In this document: positions 56,501 to 64,000 of the stretch, piece after piece
Layout of the letters: every line of letters begins with the position of its first letter
How positions within the stretch are numbered: the first letter of the stretch is position 1
DNA from: the human T2T-CHM13v2.0 reference genome, Homo sapiens
Strand: one strand, 5' to 3'
Assembly: GCF_009914755.1 (NCBI RefSeq)
Contig: NC_060943.1
DNA: 64,000 nucleotides
Notes under the pieces: model-generated
The model's database searches: none
Told to the model about the DNA's origin: nothing
The model's input: the letters and a program-made list of their open reading frames with translations, nothing else
Position numbers and translations under genes: made by a program

Positions 56501-58595
56501 AAATCAGTAAACAGGAAGTCATACTGTCCGCTTGCTGATGATGTGATCATTTACCTTGAAAACCCTCAGGACTCCTCCAGAAAGCTCCTAGAACTGATAA
56601 AACAATTCAGCAAAGTTTCAGGATACGAGATTAATGTACACAACTCAGTAGCTCTTCTAATAACCAACAGCAACCAAATGGAGAATTAAATCAAGAACTC
56701 AACCTCTTTTACAATAGCGGGAAAAAAATTATATGAATATACCTAACGAAGGAGTCGAAAGACCTGTACAAGGAAAACTACAAAACACTGCTGAAACAAA
56801 TCATAGACAACACAAAGACATGGAAACACATCCCATGCACAAGCATGGGTAGAATAATTTGTGAAAATGACCATACTGCCAAAAGCAATCTATAAATTCA
56901 ACACAATCCCCATCAAAAAACCACCGTCATTCTTCACAGAGTTAGAAAAAACAATTCTAAAATTCATATAGAACCAAAAAAGAGCCTGCACAGCCAAAGC
57001 AAGACTAAGCAAAAAGAACAAATCTGGAGGCACCATACTACCTGATTTCAAACTATACTGTAAGGCCATGGTCACCAAAACAGCATGGTGCTGGTATAAA
57101 AATAGGCACATAGACCAATGGAACAGAGAACCCAGAAATAAACCCAAATAATTACAGCCAAGCAATCTTCAAAAAAGCAAACAAAAACATAAAGTGGGGA
57201 AGTATACCCTTTCAACAAATGGTTCTGGGATAATTGGCTAGCCACATGTAGAATGAAACTGGATCCTCATCTCTCACCTTATAAAAGAAACCAACTCAAG
57301 ATGGATTAAGGACTTAAACCTAAGATCAGAAACTATAAAAATTCTGGAAGATAAAATTGGAAAAAAACCCTTCTAGGCATTGGCTAGGCAAAAATTTCAT
57401 GACCAAAAACCCAAAAGCAAATGCAATAAAAACAAAGATAAATAGCTGGGACCTAGTTAAACTAAAGAGTTTTTGCATGGCAAAAGGAACAGTCAGCAGA
57501 GTAAACAGACAACTCACACAGTGGGAGAAAATCTTCACAATCTATACATCTGACAATGGATTAGTATCCAGAATCTACAACAAACTCAATCTATACCTCC
57601 GACAAAAGATTAATATCCAGAATCTACAACAAACTCAAGCAAATCAGTAAGGAAAAAAACAATCGCATCAAAAAGTGGGCTAAGGACATGAATAGAAAAT
57701 TCTCAAAAGAAGATATACAAATGGCCAACAAACATATAAAAAATGGTTACCATCACTAATGATCAAAGAAATGCAAATCAAACCCACAATGCGATACCAC
57801 CTTATTCCTGCAAGAATAGCCATAATCAAAAGATCAAACAACTAGATGTTGGCATGGATGTGGCAATCAGGGAACACATCTATACTGCTGGTGAGAATGT
57901 AAACTGATAGAGCCACCATGGAAAACATATAAATGCATATGGAAAACAGTGTGGAGAGTCTGTAAAGAACTAAAAGTAGAACTAGCATTTGATCCAGCAA
58001 TCCCACTACTGAGTATCTACCCAGAGAAAAAGAAATGATTATTTGAAAAACGTACTTGCAGATGCATGTTTCTAGCAGCACAATTCACAATTGTAAAATC
58101 GTGGAACCAACTGAAATGCCCAGGAATTAACGCGTGGGTAAAGAATCTGTGAAATATATATATGTGTGTGTATATATATATAAATATATAAACACTTAAA
58201 ATGTATATATACACACACATGCACACACACATACATATATATATGTTGGAATACTACTCAGTAACAAAAAGGAATGAATTAACAGCATTTGCAATGTCCT
58301 GGATGAGATTGGAGACTATTATTCTAAGAATGGTAAACCAAATATCGTATGTTCTCACTGATATGTGGGAGGTATGCTATGAGGATGCAAAGACATAAGA
58401 ATAATACAATGGACTTTGGGTACTTGCGGGGAAGAGTGAAAGGGGAAGGGATAAAATACAGCATATATGGTGCAGTGTATACTGCTTGGGTGATGGATGC
58501 ACCAGGATCTCACAAATCACCACTAAAGAACTTACTCAACTAACCAAATACCACCTGTACATAAGTAACTTATGGAACAATAAAATTTTAAAAAA
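53590..58595 (+). mobile_element. L1PB1-like LINE-1: partial 5'UTR, ORF1 deleted, disrupted ORF2, intact 3' end
   Basis: ORF2 peptides [26 protein letters not shown] and GTRQGCPLS; 3' end cacaaatcaccactaaagaacttactca...aataaaa is L1PB-type. Confidence 0.9.
54339..54392 (+). mobile_element. Alu 3'-terminal fragment at the L1 deletion junction
   Basis: tcacaccactgcactccagtcttggagacagagcaagactctgtctcaagaaa. Confidence 0.85.
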
Positions 58596-58655
58596 GTATT
58601 TTTATAATTACAGACAGGCTCACATAATGAATTCTTCATAAACTATTACACAGGC

Positions 58656-59110
<455 letters not shown>

Positions 59111-59570
59111 AACAAAAAACCTATTAAACAACAACAACAAAAAATTATGGGTCTAGCATGAGTACCAGTCAAGTTAAAACAGAATTTGCATGGGGAGACT
59201 CTGAACCATAAGCCAAAAGATTGTACAGCAAGAAATTCAATACAAAGCAGAGTATAAATTTGCTTTCAGCATTTTTGAGAATTTTTGTTTTGTAGTAAAT
59301 TAGACACCTCCTTAAAATGATTTTGTTCCAATATTGCTTTTTTCTGCTAAAAATAGTTTCGAACTTAAACACACTCCATAATTTATTTACACCTAAGATT
59401 CATCTTAGACTAACAGATGTGTATATTTAACTCTATGTAAATCAATACTAACAGTCCATATGTGCTTGCAGGCAGAGGCCACATGTTCGAAGAAAAATAT
59501 ATGAAAAAATTAAAAAAGATTTATTCGGGACTCAGAAATATATGGATTTTACTTATGTTTGTATATAAGT

Positions 59571-59576
59571 TTTATT
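59571..59576 (-). terminator. Candidate ZNF91 polyadenylation signal (AATAAA)
   Basis: TTTATT on the + strand ~1.7 kb past the ZNF91 stop; other AATAAA hexamers lie nearby (~59520, ~59382), so the choice is not unique. Confidence 0.4.
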
Positions 59577-59589
59577 ATGACCATAAAAA

Positions 59590-59830
59590 TAATCCTGTAG
59601 TCAACAACAATTTAATTGTACATTTAAAAATAACTAAAACTGTAGAATTGAATTATTTGTAATACAAAGAATAAATGCTAGAGGTAATGGAGACCGCATT
59701 TAGTCTAATGCGATTGTTATATATTGTGTGTCCGTATCAAAATATGCCACATATGGCATAATATGTACACATATTAGGTATCCACAAAAATTAAGTCAAA
59801 TACATTTAAATGAGAAAATAAAAATAAAAA
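59590..59830 (+). mobile_element. L1MA 3'-end fragment
   Basis: gtcaacaacaatttaattgtacatttaaaaataactaaaa...aataaatgctagaggtaatgga. Confidence 0.8.
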
Positions 59831-60299
59831 TTTAGCCTATGGGAACAATATTCTTTAACTTAATGGCAATTAAAACTCACTGGCAAAAAAAATCACTAGA
59901 GATGTCAGTCCATTATCTTACCAAATAGTGTATTTTTACCATCTTTTACCTACACCCTTGAGTAAGGTGGAATAGGTTAAAGTTACTGGCATAATAACAC
60001 TTCATTGAATTCATGATAGTATTTAACATGTTAAAACTGTTTGGTTGAAAAGTTCACATGCAATTTATAATTTAAAAATATGCTACATATATTTCATAAA
60101 AATACAATAAATCATACTAAACTTTAACTAAAATTAAGAATGTTTTTCTTTCATAATAATGCAGAATATTAATCTGAACATCTACCTCATGCATCACTCG
60201 ATATTATAAGTTAACCATAAAGATCCTCTCTACTTAAATTTTCATCATGCATCTTACATTTTTAATGTCCTTACCTTTCCATAGAAAAGGTCATAAATA

Positions 60300-64000
<3,701 letters not shown>

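Noticed and set aside
54688-57650. L1 ORF2 fragments as functional genes
   Set aside because: Multiple stops, frameshifts and small tandem duplications (~56055-56102, ~57540-57640); ORF1 is absent.

Overview
Primate (almost certainly human, 19p12) genomic DNA from the ZNF91 KRAB zinc-finger cluster. Left to right: the 5' part of an old L1 (1-2.1 kb); a 32-bp CCAAT tandem array (~4.15-4.53 kb); ~16 kb of diverged, higher-order beta-satellite-related DNA (4.95-21.3 kb) with nested Alu and MaLR insertions; a ~4.8-kb almost purely pyrimidine tract (21.4-26.2 kb); a ~10-kb block of old L2/MIR-containing sequence with exon-like signals; an internally deleted L1PA reduced to promoter plus tail; a decayed L1M; orphan KRAB-A and KRAB-B exons (pseudogene, 44.0-44.7 kb); a deleted MER48/HERVH48-like provirus with a nested MER11 LTR and an ERV3/HERV-E-type env remnant; an L1PB element; and the 3' part of the ZNF91 zinc-finger exon on the minus strand. 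The ZNF91 reading frame ends inside an AluY inserted into the finger array. The only supportable protein-coding sequence is ZNF91. Repeat subfamily names come from recalled consensus sequences and need RepeatMasker/Dfam confirmation. I found no evidence of a wholly new multi-gene system. The least-explained items are the CT tract, the CCAAT array, the exon-bearing old block and the orphan KRAB exons.
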